A stretch of 64,000 nucleotides of DNA from Polyangiales bacterium (GTDB taxonomy: Bacteria; Myxococcota_A; Polyangia; Polyangiales; Polyangiaceae): positions 32,001 through 96,000 of the forward strand of contig JBBRNJ010000009.1 of NCBI GenBank assembly GCA_038230375.1. Direction: 5' to 3'. Below the pieces are notes generated by a model. It did not search any database. It was not told the DNA's origin and was given only the letters and a program-made list of their open reading frames with translations. The translations under genes and the position numbers were made by a program. Below are positions 30,765 through 40,940 of this stretch, in pieces (the stretch's first letter is position 1; the number at the start of each line of letters is the position of its first letter).

Positions 30765-32201
30765 TCAAGGCTTGTTTTTCTTTCGTTCGTGCGCCTCGCG
30801 CGCCTCACGCTCGATCCGCGCAAAGTCCGGCGCCTTCCGCTTCTCGGTCACGGCGTCCCATTCGTCATACGCCTCGGGGACTTCCTCGAACGACACCTCC
30901 CACGACGCCGGGACGGACACGGCCGCGGGCGACTCGATGTCGACGCCCGTCCGCGACTGGGGACCCGGGTCCGGGTTGCGTTCGTAGGTGGGTCGCTCGA
31001 GCTTGGGAGCCTCGAACTTGGCTGGCTGGCCGGGGCTCAACAGCGTCATCGGGCCGTGGGCCTCCGGGATGGTGCTGATCGTGGGCGTGCGTACGAACGA
31101 GTCCGGTGAGAACGAGCGAGGCTGGAACGAAGGCGCTGGCGGGGGAGGCTTGGTGGGCGGCGGCCTGGGAGGGTTCGTGGGCGAACGCCGAACGCCGGGC
31201 GATGGGACCGACCCCACGGGCGCGGACGGCGCATGCGGAGGTGGAGGCGGCGTATAGGCCTGCGCGATCCCGGTTCGCGGCGCGACCTCCGATGGCGGCG
31301 TGTGCCACGAGCGCGGCTTGTCGACGTTGGTGGTCAGATCCTCCTCGAGCTCGAAGGTGGGACGGATCCGGACCCAGAGGTCGAGCGCCTCGCGGCTGGA
31401 CTGGAACCGCTGCATGAGATCGCGCGACAGACATTTTCCGACGAACCAATCGAGCTGCGCGCGAGAGGGTGCGCCCGGCATTGTCGACAGCGGCGGCGGA
31501 TCCTTCTCGCGTTTCATGCGGATCACGGCTTCGATCTGCTTGCTGACGAACGGAAGCTGCCCCGTGATCATCCGGAAGATCACGACGCCCACTGCGTAGA
31601 GGTCCGCGGCCGGCGTGACCTTGGAGGCCTGCGCGAACTGCTCCGGCGCCATGTAGCCAACGCTGCCGAGCAGGTGCGACGCCGAGGTGAGACCCTGCGA
31701 GCCGTCATCTGTAGCCTCGAGGAGGCGCGCGACACCGAAGTCGATGACCTTCACGATCTCTCGCGGACCTTCGCGCTGGATGAAGATGTTCGCAGGCTTG
31801 AGATCGCGGTGGATGACGTTGGCGGCGTGGATGTCCCTCACGCCTGCAAGGAGCTGCTCGATCCACGCATATGCGAGCGTCGGAGGCACGGGCCCGTCGC
31901 GACGAAGCTTGGCGTCCAGGGTCTCTCCGACCAGGCGTTCGAGGACCAGGAAGGGCTGGCCCTGGTCGAACCCGTATCCCAGGATCCGGCTCACATGCTG
32001 GCTTGTGACGTTCGCAAGGAAGAGGGCCTCGCGTGCAAAGCGCTCACGGAGCTCGCTGCCCCGGGCCGAAGGCTCGAGCATCTTGATCGCAACAGGCCGT
32101 CCTGTCGCAATATGCACGGCATCGAAGACCTTCGCGGTCGCCCCTGCGCCCAACGCACCGGCAAGCCGGAAGTCGGCTAGTCTCGAAGGCTCGAGCGACA
32201 C
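30765..32201 (-). CDS. Ser/Thr protein kinase with Pro-rich C-terminal tail
   Basis: GAGATAKV, VAIK, HRDLKPAN, DFG, YMAPEQ, DLYAVG. Start codon uncertain (GTG 32201). Confidence 0.9.
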   Translation of the reverse strand: MSLEPSRLADFRLAGALGAGATAKVFDAVHIATGRPVAIKMLEPSARGSELRERFAREALFLANVTSQHVSRILGYGFDQGQPFLVLERLVGETLDAKLRRDGPVPPTLAYAWIEQLLAGVRDIHAANVIHRDLKPANIFIQREGPREIVKVIDFGVARLLEATDDGSQGLTSASHLLGSVGYMAPEQFAQASKVTPAADLYAVGVVIFRMITGQLPFVSKQIEAVIRMKREKDPPPLSTMPGAPSRAQLDWFVGKCLSRDLMQRFQSSREALDLWVRIRPTFELEEDLTTNVDKPRSWHTPPSEVAPRTGIAQAYTPPPPPHAPSAPVGSVPSPGVRRSPTNPPRPPPTKPPPPAPSFQPRSFSPDSFVRTPTISTIPEAHGPMTLLSPGQPAKFEAPKLERPTYERNPDPGPQSRTGVDIESPAAVSVPASWEVSFEEVPEAYDEWDAVTEKRKAPDFARIEREAREAHERKKNKP

Positions 32202-32305
32202 AGGCGCTATGATACCACGGCGATACAACACCGGTTCCGGCCCGATTGCGGAACGGCCGGCACACTGGTAGGGTACATAGAGTACTTTCGTGATCTCGCA
32301 AGCTT

Positions 32306-33673
32306 ATGGGCCGATCCAACACCAACCATCCCCCGCCTCCTGACCTCCCGTCATTCCGGATCGAGGACGAGGCCCCCGAAGCAAAGCCGCTCGAAGAGAG
32401 GCACACCGGAACGGGCCTGGAGCGCCACGACATCCCGTTGCCGGAGGATCGGATCGATCCTGATGCCGCGAAGGTCGTCCGTCGGCTCGAGCGCGCAGGC
32501 TTCGAGGCCTATCTGGTCGGCGGCTGCGTTCGCGACCTGATGCTGAATGGCACGCCGAAGGACTTCGACGTGGCGACCAGCGCACGCCCCGACGACGTGA
32601 AAAGCCTCTTCCGCAACTGCCGGGTCATCGGCCGGCGCTTCCGCCTCGCGCACGTGCTGTTCGGCGGCGGCAAGGTCGTCGAGGTCGCCACGTTCCGGCG
32701 GAACCCTGCGAACATGAGCGGTGGCGAACCTGGAGAGCCTGTCGAGATCGACGACCCCACAGACGACCTCCTCATCCGCAGCGACAACGTCTTCGGCGAA
32801 GCACACGAGGACGCGATCCGGCGTGACTTCACCATCAACGCGCTCTTCTACGATCTCGATCGCCGTCAGGTGCTCGACTGGTGCGGCGGTGTCTCGCACA
32901 TCCAGCACCGCGTCATCCAGACCATCGGTGAGCCGCGCGTCCGCTTCCGCGAGGACCCCATCCGCATCCTGCGCGCGATCAAGTTCGCGAGCCGCCTCGA
33001 TCTCGGCATCGCCGAGGGCGTGTACGACGCGATCGTGCAGTGCCGCGACGAGCTCTCACGCGCGGCGCGCCCTCGCATCTACGAAGAGATCTTGCGCCTG
33101 ATGCGCGGCGGTGGCGCACACCGCGCCATGTGGCTCCTGTGGGAGACCGGCGCGATGGCGATCCTGTTGCCGGAGCTCTCCTCCTTCCTCGACGACGACG
33201 AGGCCACGAGCGGCGGTGGTGAGCGCTTCTGGAAGCGCATGCAAGCGATCGACCTGAAAACACGGCACGACGGCCCTCGCGACGACCTCGTGCTCTGGTC
33301 CGCGCTCCTCGCCGAGCCTCTGGCCGAGGCGACGTTCCGCGCGAAGGACGTGGGGCTCGCCGCCGCGGATTTCCTCGAGCCGATCGTGGAGCGCATCGCG
33401 ATGCCGCGACGGATCGTGGATGGCCTGCGCAGGATCCTTGGCGTGCTGCCACGGCTGCGCCCGGGTCGCGTCGGGCGCTTCGCGCGGTCGGAGCTCATCG
33501 GCGTGGCGCTCGAGACGCTGGAGCTGGATCTGATGGCGCGCGATCAGCCGCTCGACTCGATCAACGCGATGCGCGAAGAGGTCCTCGCGCTCGCGCCCAC
33601 CGCGATCGCACGCCCCGGCTACGGTCGGAGCCCCGCCTACCGCCGTACAGAGCGCACGGCCCGCCACCGCTAA
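32306..33673 (+). CDS. pcnB: poly(A) polymerase I
   Basis: VGGCVRD, KDFD, the PAP-specific IGRRFRLAHV, RRDFTINAL, EDPIRILRA. Confidence 0.92.
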   Translation: MGRSNTNHPPPPDLPSFRIEDEAPEAKPLEERHTGTGLERHDIPLPEDRIDPDAAKVVRRLERAGFEAYLVGGCVRDLMLNGTPKDFDVATSARPDDVKSLFRNCRVIGRRFRLAHVLFGGGKVVEVATFRRNPANMSGGEPGEPVEIDDPTDDLLIRSDNVFGEAHEDAIRRDFTINALFYDLDRRQVLDWCGGVSHIQHRVIQTIGEPRVRFREDPIRILRAIKFASRLDLGIAEGVYDAIVQCRDELSRAARPRIYEEILRLMRGGGAHRAMWLLWETGAMAILLPELSSFLDDDEATSGGGERFWKRMQAIDLKTRHDGPRDDLVLWSALLAEPLAEATFRAKDVGLAAADFLEPIVERIAMPRRIVDGLRRILGVLPRLRPGRVGRFARSELIGVALETLELDLMARDQPLDSINAMREEVLALAPTAIARPGYGRSPAYRRTERTARHR

Positions 33674-33693
33674 GACGACCCGGAGGCTCCACG

Positions 33694-34329
33694 ATGGCGA
33701 AGGCAGCCGCAGGCGAGCGCGCGACGAAGTCAGAGGATCGGGTGAAGCTCGCGCGCACCACGCTGCTCGAGGGCGTCGGTCGCGAGATCGCGGAGAGCTT
33801 TCCAGGCCTGACACGGCTGGCCGGACAGATCGTCGCTGCGATGTACATCTCCGACGGGCCGCTCTCGATGGACGAGCTCTCGCGCGAGCTCGGTCGCTCC
33901 AAGAGCAACATCTTTGCGAACCTCCGCGGGCTCGAGGCAGCGGGCATCGTCACGCGACAGCGCGAGGCCGGCGCGCGTCACGACAGCTTCGCGCTGCGCG
34001 GAAAATACCCTGACGTGGTCGTGGGCGCGTACGTGTCGCGTCTGCGGCGTGTCGTGGTCGACAAGGTGCAGCTCTCGCAGAAGGCGCTCGACCTCCTGGG
34101 CGACGACGACACCGCCGACGCCCGCGCGCTCCGCGCAAAGCTGAAGGACCTGAAGGCAAAGTACGAGCGCTTCGCGATGCTCTTCGAGAGCGTGATCCCA
34201 GGCGCAGACGGCCCGATCGATCTGGAAGCCCTGCTCGACGTGGTCCCCATGGACCTCATCACGTCGCTGGCCGCCGCCGCCCGGATTGCGCTCGGCCTCA
34301 CGGACAAGCCCGCCAAAAAACCGCGCTGA
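33694..34329 (+). CDS. GbsR/MarR-family transcriptional regulator
   Basis: GLTRLAGQI...PLSMDELSRELGRSKSNIFANLRGL winged helix. Confidence 0.82.
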   Translation: MAKAAAGERATKSEDRVKLARTTLLEGVGREIAESFPGLTRLAGQIVAAMYISDGPLSMDELSRELGRSKSNIFANLRGLEAAGIVTRQREAGARHDSFALRGKYPDVVVGAYVSRLRRVVVDKVQLSQKALDLLGDDDTADARALRAKLKDLKAKYERFAMLFESVIPGADGPIDLEALLDVVPMDLITSLAAAARIALGLTDKPAKKPR

Positions 34330-34338
34330 GATGGTCTC

Positions 34339-35439
34339 TTAGGCGGCGGCTGTGATCTCTACTCGGAGGAGCTTGCGGCCTACGAAGAGGTAGTCGCCGT
34401 GGGCGAGCTCGCGCTCGGCCTTGAGACGGACGTAGGTGCCGTTGCGGCTCGAGGCATCCGAGAGCAGGAACTTGCCGCTGGACTCCTCGATCTTGCAGTG
34501 GTTGGCGCTCATGTAGAGGTCCGCCGGGAAGTTCAGCTCGCTGCCCTCGCGGCCGATCTGGAGCGACGCGCCACGCGCGCACACCGTCATGCCCGGTGCG
34601 CCGCCCTGGAGCAGCTGCGTGATCCGGAAGAGCGTCTGGTGCTTCGGCGACGAGTAGAAGAACGTTCCATCCGGTCCCGGCTGATCGTTCGCCTTCGCCG
34701 TCGCGTCCATGCGGAACACCTGCTCGCCCGCGAGGAAGAAGTCCCCCGAGGCGAGCTCCACCGGCTGGCGCACGCGAATGTAGACGCCGTTCAGCGAGCC
34801 CTCGTCCTTCACGACCAGCTTGCCCTGGCGATAGAAGAAGTTCGCGTGCTTCGGAGAGACGTACGGATCATCCGGGAAAACAAGCTGTCCGTTGCGGCCC
34901 ACGATGTGCTGCTCGGCGTTGAGCTGGTAGGAGAGCCCCTCGACGCCTTCGCCGCGGATCAGGATCAGCTTCGCCTTGCCGGGCGCCTGGAGCTGACCGA
35001 AGAACTGCGTGCGCGCGCTCAGGATCTCGGGCGGAACGGGCGCGCCGCATCGACCGCAGAACTTGTGCCCCATCGGCACGGGGGTCGAGCACGAGCGGCA
35101 CACGAAGTTCCTTGCTTGTTCCATGAGCTCCTCCTGAGTCTTTCGCGGGGCGGGCGCCATCGAAGAGCGCCGGGGTCTTTGGGGTTCGGCGGCGGGATCG
35201 CCACCATCTGGTCTGGTCGATCCGCTCGAGCTTGCTGCGACCGCACCGGGCGACCCTCTGGTCTGCAGCGCGGGCGCGACGGGCCGTTGCTGACCCGGCG
35301 CCGGCGAGCGTGAGATCGGGTGCCCACCGCTCTGGTGCGTGAACAGCGCGAGCGAGTGATTGCAGGAAAGGCACGTGGAGGAGAGGAGGACGTTGTACGC
35401 CTCGCACTGCCCACAAACGATGCCGATCTCGACCGCCAT
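34339..35439 (-). CDS. zinc-ribbon plus tandem FHA domain protein
   Basis: Four CxxC motifs; two FHA motif sets (GR..SPKHA..SLNG and GR..SANH..SRNGT). Confidence 0.88.
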   Translation of the reverse strand: MAVEIGIVCGQCEAYNVLLSSTCLSCNHSLALFTHQSGGHPISRSPAPGQQRPVAPALQTRGSPGAVAASSSGSTRPDGGDPAAEPQRPRRSSMAPAPRKTQEELMEQARNFVCRSCSTPVPMGHKFCGRCGAPVPPEILSARTQFFGQLQAPGKAKLILIRGEGVEGLSYQLNAEQHIVGRNGQLVFPDDPYVSPKHANFFYRQGKLVVKDEGSLNGVYIRVRQPVELASGDFFLAGEQVFRMDATAKANDQPGPDGTFFYSSPKHQTLFRITQLLQGGAPGMTVCARGASLQIGREGSELNFPADLYMSANHCKIEESSGKFLLSDASSRNGTYVRLKAERELAHGDYLFVGRKLLRVEITAAA

Positions 35440-35464
35440 TGAAGGACGGCGATCCTACCAAACT

Positions 35465-36100
35465 TCAGTAGAGGAAGGTCAAACGATGGTCCGAGTCCGT
35501 CCAGCCATTCGGCCCAAACACGCGAAAGACGACGTGCTGGCAGGTATTCGGGTCGACCTGGCCGTAGTCGCGGGAGTCGTAGTGCAGCGTGCGGTTGTCA
35601 CTGAGGAGGAAGACCAGGCCGTTGGTGACGCGCGTCTCGAACTTGGTCTCCACGGCGTTGGGAATCGCGAGCGTGGCATGGCGTGACGAGCCGACCTCCT
35701 CGTACGAGCAGTACTCGTCCACATCCGCGCCGACGGCCGGATTGTAGACGGCCACCTGCGCCTGTAGACACGATGAGGTGGTGGACGCGAGGTGATTGTT
35801 CACGGACAGGCGACCTCCGAACACCGAGAGCTCGTGACCGTACGTACCGACCACGCGGCCCACGACGTAGCGATCGGCGCTCAGCGGATCGGAGCAGCGA
35901 ACCATCCACCCGAGGCGCGCACCGAAGCTGCGCGAGACAAACACGTAGTCACCGACGCTCGCGTTCGGCGCAAGAGACGCGCCCATGCGAGGATCGTCCT
36001 CGGTCAGCGTCCACGTGTCCAGGAAGACGCCATAGACGACGCCGCTCACGATCCCGACCAGGATCAAGAGCCATACGATCGCTTTCTTCCCGCCGCTCAT
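35465..36100 (-). CDS. signal peptidase I (S26)-like protein, possibly catalytically degenerate
   Basis: TM helix, ASLAP..GD, GRVVG (Lys absent), FLLSDNR..DSRDYG. Confidence 0.72.
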   Translation of the reverse strand: MSGGKKAIVWLLILVGIVSGVVYGVFLDTWTLTEDDPRMGASLAPNASVGDYVFVSRSFGARLGWMVRCSDPLSADRYVVGRVVGTYGHELSVFGGRLSVNNHLASTTSSCLQAQVAVYNPAVGADVDEYCSYEEVGSSRHATLAIPNAVETKFETRVTNGLVFLLSDNRTLHYDSRDYGQVDPNTCQHVVFRVFGPNGWTDSDHRLTFLY

Positions 36101-36107
36101 CTGTCCT

Positions 36108-37463
36108 TCATGATTGTAGCGGAGAGGGGGACGCCATGGGCAACACCAGGGTGACCTTGGCACCGAAGACCTTGCCGTCGCGCTCCACGTTCTCCGCGGA
36201 GACGTGGCCCCCGTGCGCCTCGACGATGCGACGAACGAGCGACAATCCCAGTCCTGTCCCGGCCTTGGCGGAGGGTGTGCGCGCGACGTCGCCTCGCACG
36301 AACGGGTCGAAGACCCGGGGCAGGAGGTCCTTGTCGATGCCGGGGCCGTCGTCCGTGATGCTCACGGCGACGGTGTCGTCCTTGGCCTGGACGTCCACGT
36401 CGATTCGCGCGTTCTCGCCGGCGTGAGCGCGCGCGTTTCGCAGCACGTTCGACAGCGCCCGTCCGAAGAGCGCCGGGTCCACGAGGACGCGCGAGGCCCG
36501 CGCTGTGTCGGAGATCGTGAGGTGGGCGCCCTTCGCGTCGTCCGACTCGACCGCGCGGCGCACGACCGGCTCGATGGGCTGCGACGTGCGCTTCACGTCG
36601 GAGAGCCCGGCGCGCGCCTGCGCAAGCAGGTCGTCCAGGATGGAGTCCACGGAGACGAGCGCGCGTTCGATCTCCGCCAGGCGAACCTTCTCCTTTTCGC
36701 CAGAGGTGTCGTTCGCGATCTCGAGTGCGACCCGTGCGCGCGCAAGCGGTGTTCTGAGCTCGTGGCTGATGGCGGCAAGGAGCTCGCGCTGGTCCGTGAC
36801 CACGCGCTCGATGCGCTCCGCCATGGAGTCGAACGCGGTCCCCAGCTCGCGGATCTCGTCCGAGACGAAGTGGCGGTTCTTGTGCGAGACCTCCGCGCGC
36901 GCAGAGAGCTCACCGCGACCGAAGCGCTCCGCCGCCTGGGCGACGTCCTCCAGCGGACGCGATAGACGCTTCGCAACGCGACGCGCGCCGACGCCGAGCG
37001 TGGCGATGGCGACGATGAGCGGGATGAGAAAGTAGATGCCGCGCCGCTGCGACACCGCGCCGCGGTACTCCACTGCGCCGAGCAGCTGGTTGCCACGGAA
37101 GACCGGGATGAAGACGCTGCTGCCCTCGAGCACGACGCCGCGCGCGCGCTTGTGGCGCAGGCCGGGCGGAAGCACGTCGGGGTCGGGCCGGAGCACCAGA
37201 TCGAGCCCGGTGGTGTCGCGCAGGCTCTGGAGGTACGCCTCGCGCGCAGGCGGATCATCCCACGTCTTGGCAAGGTGCCCTTCCACGGCACGCGAGACGA
37301 CTGCGACTGGAGCGTCGGGCTCGGGCGTGAGCAGGTGGAACATGATCACGCTGGAGATCGACGCGAGGGCGATCGCGCTCAAGAACCACAGGAACAAGCG
37401 CGCAGAGAGCGTCCGTGAACGACCAAAGTGCCCTCTGCGCCGGATAGCCGTCCCGGCCTTCAC
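36108..37463 (-). CDS. HAMP sensor histidine kinase
   Basis: Two TM helices, HAMP domain, SHELRTPL, NVLRNA, DDGPGI, GTGLGL. Confidence 0.95.
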   Translation of the reverse strand: MKAGTAIRRRGHFGRSRTLSARLFLWFLSAIALASISSVIMFHLLTPEPDAPVAVVSRAVEGHLAKTWDDPPAREAYLQSLRDTTGLDLVLRPDPDVLPPGLRHKRARGVVLEGSSVFIPVFRGNQLLGAVEYRGAVSQRRGIYFLIPLIVAIATLGVGARRVAKRLSRPLEDVAQAAERFGRGELSARAEVSHKNRHFVSDEIRELGTAFDSMAERIERVVTDQRELLAAISHELRTPLARARVALEIANDTSGEKEKVRLAEIERALVSVDSILDDLLAQARAGLSDVKRTSQPIEPVVRRAVESDDAKGAHLTISDTARASRVLVDPALFGRALSNVLRNARAHAGENARIDVDVQAKDDTVAVSITDDGPGIDKDLLPRVFDPFVRGDVARTPSAKAGTGLGLSLVRRIVEAHGGHVSAENVERDGKVFGAKVTLVLPMASPSPLQS

Positions 37464-38188
37464 GGCCTCACCAGCATGTAGCCTATGCCTCGCACGGTCT
37501 TGATGCGTCGCGGGTCGCGAGGGTCGTCCTCGAGCTTCTGCCGAAGGTGGCTGATGTGCACATCGAGAGAGCGGTCCACGGAGGGATCGTAGCGCTCGCC
37601 GGTCAAAGCCGATGCAAGGTCTGCGCGCGGAAGCGGCTCGCCCGCGCGCTTCGCGAGCTCGTGCAGCACGCGAAACTCGAACGAGGTCAGGGGGATTGGC
37701 TTGCCGTCCTTCAGCACGGACATCTCGGCGGGCAAGAGCACCAGGTTGCCGACGGTGATCTTGTCCGTCGCGGCGTCCTTCACTTCGGCGCCTTCCGTGC
37801 GCGGGCGCGCCCGACGGAGGACCGCGCGGATGCGAGCGAGGAGCTCGCGCGGATTGAACGGCTTGGGAAGGTAGTCGTCGGCGCCGAGCTCGAGCCCGAC
37901 GATGCGATCGTCGTCGTTGCCGCGTGCGGTCAGCATCACGATGGGAACCGCGAAGCGAGCGCGGATCTTCCGGCAGACCTCGAAGCCGTCATCGCCGGGG
38001 AGCATCACGTCGAGCAAGACGACATCCACCGCGGACTGTTCCAACCACGCGAGGCCCGCAACGCCGTCGGTGACGTGGCTCACCGTCGCGTCGTGGCTCA
38101 TGAGGTAGTCGTGGAGTAGCCGCGCGAGCTCAGTGTCGTCGTCGATGAGAAGAACGGTGATGGGGGGCTCGGTGTGGGTGGACTCCAC
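37460..38188 (-). CDS. OmpR-family response regulator
   Basis: IDDD, LDVMLP, GADDYLPKPF, DVHISHLRQK, TVRGIGY. Confidence 0.95.
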   Translation of the reverse strand: MESTHTEPPITVLLIDDDTELARLLHDYLMSHDATVSHVTDGVAGLAWLEQSAVDVVLLDVMLPGDDGFEVCRKIRARFAVPIVMLTARGNDDDRIVGLELGADDYLPKPFNPRELLARIRAVLRRARPRTEGAEVKDAATDKITVGNLVLLPAEMSVLKDGKPIPLTSFEFRVLHELAKRAGEPLPRADLASALTGERYDPSVDRSLDVHISHLRQKLEDDPRDPRRIKTVRGIGYMLVRP

Positions 38189-38194
38189 TTCGCC

Positions 38195-39160
38195 TCACTC
38201 CCCGAGCTCGGCTTCGCGAACGGCTGCGCGCATGTAGCTCTGCACCAGCGAGGCATAGGGACCCTCTTCGTGGCCGCGCTGATAGGTGCGAAGTGCTTCC
38301 ACCGAGGCGGGGTAGTTGTGGGCGCGAAATTGCGCCACGCCCAGCGCGAGCTGCAGCGGATACTCCGGATCCATCGCTCCCAGGCGGCGGATCTTTTCCA
38401 GGCGCCAGGACTCGCGCGCGGCGGACTCGGCGAGGGCGATGTCATGGCACTGCCGTTCGTCCTTCGCTTCCTTGCGCCGCGCGACGAACGAGTCCGTTCG
38501 GCGGGACTCGGCGATCGGGTGCGAGATGTAGAAGGCGTAGAGAGCCCGGTTCTCGTCGAGCGTCAGCGCGAACTCCGGCGCCTTCTCCAGGGCCATGGTC
38601 TGGTTCCACATGATCTTGTAGGCCGCTCGCTGCGCGTCGGGAGGGAGGAGCACCTCGTGGTCCTTGACCCAACCGACGTCGCGCATGCGCTGCACGAAGT
38701 TGCCGCCCAGATCCAGCAGCTCGTCGCTCACCTTGCCGCTCGCCTGGAATGCGTCGACGGCGTCGAGGAAGTGCGCGAGCTGCACCGCCCGCAGGGTGAG
38801 CAACCCCTTCGCCCCCTCCACCGCAGCCGCCTCTCTCACCGCCGTGTCCAGGCTCCTGCGCGCCACATCCACCTGAGCGGTGGTGACGCGCTCGGTCTCC
38901 AGGTGGAGGAAGGTCCGGAACGCCGTTCCCACATTGAGCAAGTGCGGTGACAGCGTGCCGTGCGCTTCCGCGATCCGAGCAAGGTCCTCCGCCTTCACCT
39001 GCGCGAGCGCCCGACCATTCGGGTGTGGCAGAGGAATCTCCTCTGGATCGATGGCGCGCGGCAGCACGAAGGCGGCGACGACCAGCATCGAGACGACGGG
39101 GATGAGCGCCAGCGCCCGCGAGCCCGCTGTTGATGTGGAGCGCCTGCCGTTTTCCTTCAC
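38195..39160 (-). CDS. hypothetical membrane-anchored helical protein
   Basis: One TM helix, helical body, TPR-like C-terminus; co-directional with the two-component system. Confidence 0.65.
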   Translation of the reverse strand: MKENGRRSTSTAGSRALALIPVVSMLVVAAFVLPRAIDPEEIPLPHPNGRALAQVKAEDLARIAEAHGTLSPHLLNVGTAFRTFLHLETERVTTAQVDVARRSLDTAVREAAAVEGAKGLLTLRAVQLAHFLDAVDAFQASGKVSDELLDLGGNFVQRMRDVGWVKDHEVLLPPDAQRAAYKIMWNQTMALEKAPEFALTLDENRALYAFYISHPIAESRRTDSFVARRKEAKDERQCHDIALAESAARESWRLEKIRRLGAMDPEYPLQLALGVAQFRAHNYPASVEALRTYQRGHEEGPYASLVQSYMRAAVREAELGE

Positions 39161-39231
39161 TGGTCGTTCTTCTCCGCTGCGGAAGCGAATGCCGCCCCAC
39201 GCGACGATCGCGATGGTACCATTACTGTCTG

Positions 39232-39546
39232 GTGGAACAACGCCGCTCTCTCCCTCGCGCCACGCTCAATCAGCCGCTCGCCTTCAAGCGAAAAGGCAGT
39301 GATGACTCCGTGGGTGGCGTGGGCAGAGACATCTCCGTCGGCGGCATGTTCATCGAGACCGAGACACCTGCGCCGTTCAACACCGAGATCGTCGTTGTCA
39401 CGGAGCTACCCGGTGATCGCGCGCCGCTCTCGCTTCCAGCGGTCGTGCGCTGGACCAAGCCTGGCGGCATGGGCGTGCAGTTCGGCCTCCTGGGCGCACG
39501 CGAGACGCACGTGATCACCGAGCTCACGCGCAACGCAAAGCAGTGA
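39232..39546 (+). CDS. PilZ domain protein
   Basis: RRSLPR (RxxxR), DISVGG (DxSxxG), VVRW..GMGVQF. Start inferred at GTG 39232. Confidence 0.88.
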   Translation: MEQRRSLPRATLNQPLAFKRKGSDDSVGGVGRDISVGGMFIETETPAPFNTEIVVVTELPGDRAPLSLPAVVRWTKPGGMGVQFGLLGARETHVITELTRNAKQ

Positions 39547-39575
39547 GCTCCGTGCCGGCCCGTCGCTGCTGACGG

Positions 39576-39620
39576 CCGTTGCTGGTGAGCCCGTTGCTGG
39601 TGAGCCCGTTACTGGTGAGC
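39576..39620. repeat. 15-bp tandem repeat, three copies (CCGTTGCTGGTGAGC)
   Basis: Copies at 39576, 39591 and 39606; the third has a G>A change. Confidence 0.9.
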
Positions 39621-40940
39621 CGTCTTCAATGAGATGGGCATCGTCACGCTGGCGAGTCCGCCCTGCGCCGGCTCCGTGAAGTGGACCTTGTAGATGGTGC
39701 TTGCCGCGCACTTCTGCACGGCCGGATCGAGCGGGGGCTCGAAGCGTGCAGCCTGCACGTATCCGTCGTCGCCCACGCGAAGGTTCAGGGTGCTCGCAAG
39801 CGTGACAGTGAGCTCGCCCGTGTTGCGGAGCTTCTCCTGCGCGCAGCTCGCGATGGCATCGTTGATCGCGGTGCGTGCATCCACGCGCGGCTCGACGGGT
39901 GCCGGCACGACACCGGGATCCTTCGGGGCGCTCGGGTTTGCCGGACCAGCTTGCGGCTGGGCGACGACGGGAGCCTGCGCAAACACCGGCTTCGCATTCG
40001 AGGGCGACACCGGCTGGGCGTTGCCAGGGACCAAGCTCTCCGGGTCCTGCAGCGCAGGGCCCTGCGGCATGGCATGAGGATCCAGGGGCGCGAACGCCTG
40101 CGTCGGCGAGAGAGCTTCGGCTACGCGGACCTTGTCCACATCCTTGGTCATCGTGAAGGACGTCTCGAGCGACGCCACGTCGAACTCCACGTGCGCCGGT
40201 GCGGTCACGAGCTTGCCGTAGGTGGAGCCGCTCTTGGGCGGGCGACCCACGTTGACGATGCCCTCGGTCAGGTCGAGCGTCACGTGCCCGCCATTGCGCG
40301 CGACCCGAAGATGGGTGCCGTGAACAGCGATGCGAACGCTGTTTGATTCGGAAGGGACGTCAACGGCGAAGGCCTCGCCGCTCGTCACCTTGTCGACCTG
40401 CGCCTCGACCACGCCGCGCGAGAGCGACAGGACGATGGGACGATCGGTCTCGCTGACGGACAGACGCGCGCTCTCGGCCTCGGTCGAACCGGACACCGCG
40501 AACACGACGCGACCGGATGCGCGGAAGATGGCGCGCGAGGTCTCGACCTCGTCACCTCGACGAAGACTGTCACCGCGCCCGAGCGCATGCGGGCTCTTGG
40601 ATGCGCCCGAGAGGGAGACGACTGAGCCGGACTCGAGCGCACCAGCGCCAGGATCCGCCGCGGTGTTCTGGTCGGAGCCGCGGTTGTCGGAGGCGAGGGA
40701 CGCCGACTCCATGCGCAACCCATCCGAGCGTGCGATGACGAGCGCCGCCGCCGCTGCCATGGCGAGCGCGCCGATGCCCATGCTGACGCGCGAGCGCAGC
40801 TTGCGGCGCGCGCTCTCCGCGGACACACGCGCCATCAGCGCGGCTTCCATGCGGTCGAAGTCGAGGTCCGGGCCTGCATCCTTGCGGAGCTCGTTCTTGA
40901 ATCGCTCGGGCTTGCTCATGGTGTCGTCGTGATGGCTCAT
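39609..40940 (-). CDS. FecR-like anti-sigma factor with Pro-rich linker and C-terminal TonB-like domain
   Basis: TM helix, LSRGVV, AVHGTHLRV, LTEGIV, Pro-rich linker, C...C domain; overlaps the ECF sigma stop. Confidence 0.75.
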   Translation of the reverse strand: MSHHDDTMSKPERFKNELRKDAGPDLDFDRMEAALMARVSAESARRKLRSRVSMGIGALAMAAAAALVIARSDGLRMESASLASDNRGSDQNTAADPGAGALESGSVVSLSGASKSPHALGRGDSLRRGDEVETSRAIFRASGRVVFAVSGSTEAESARLSVSETDRPIVLSLSRGVVEAQVDKVTSGEAFAVDVPSESNSVRIAVHGTHLRVARNGGHVTLDLTEGIVNVGRPPKSGSTYGKLVTAPAHVEFDVASLETSFTMTKDVDKVRVAEALSPTQAFAPLDPHAMPQGPALQDPESLVPGNAQPVSPSNAKPVFAQAPVVAQPQAGPANPSAPKDPGVVPAPVEPRVDARTAINDAIASCAQEKLRNTGELTVTLASTLNLRVGDDGYVQAARFEPPLDPAVQKCAASTIYKVHFTEPAQGGLASVTMPISLKTAHQ

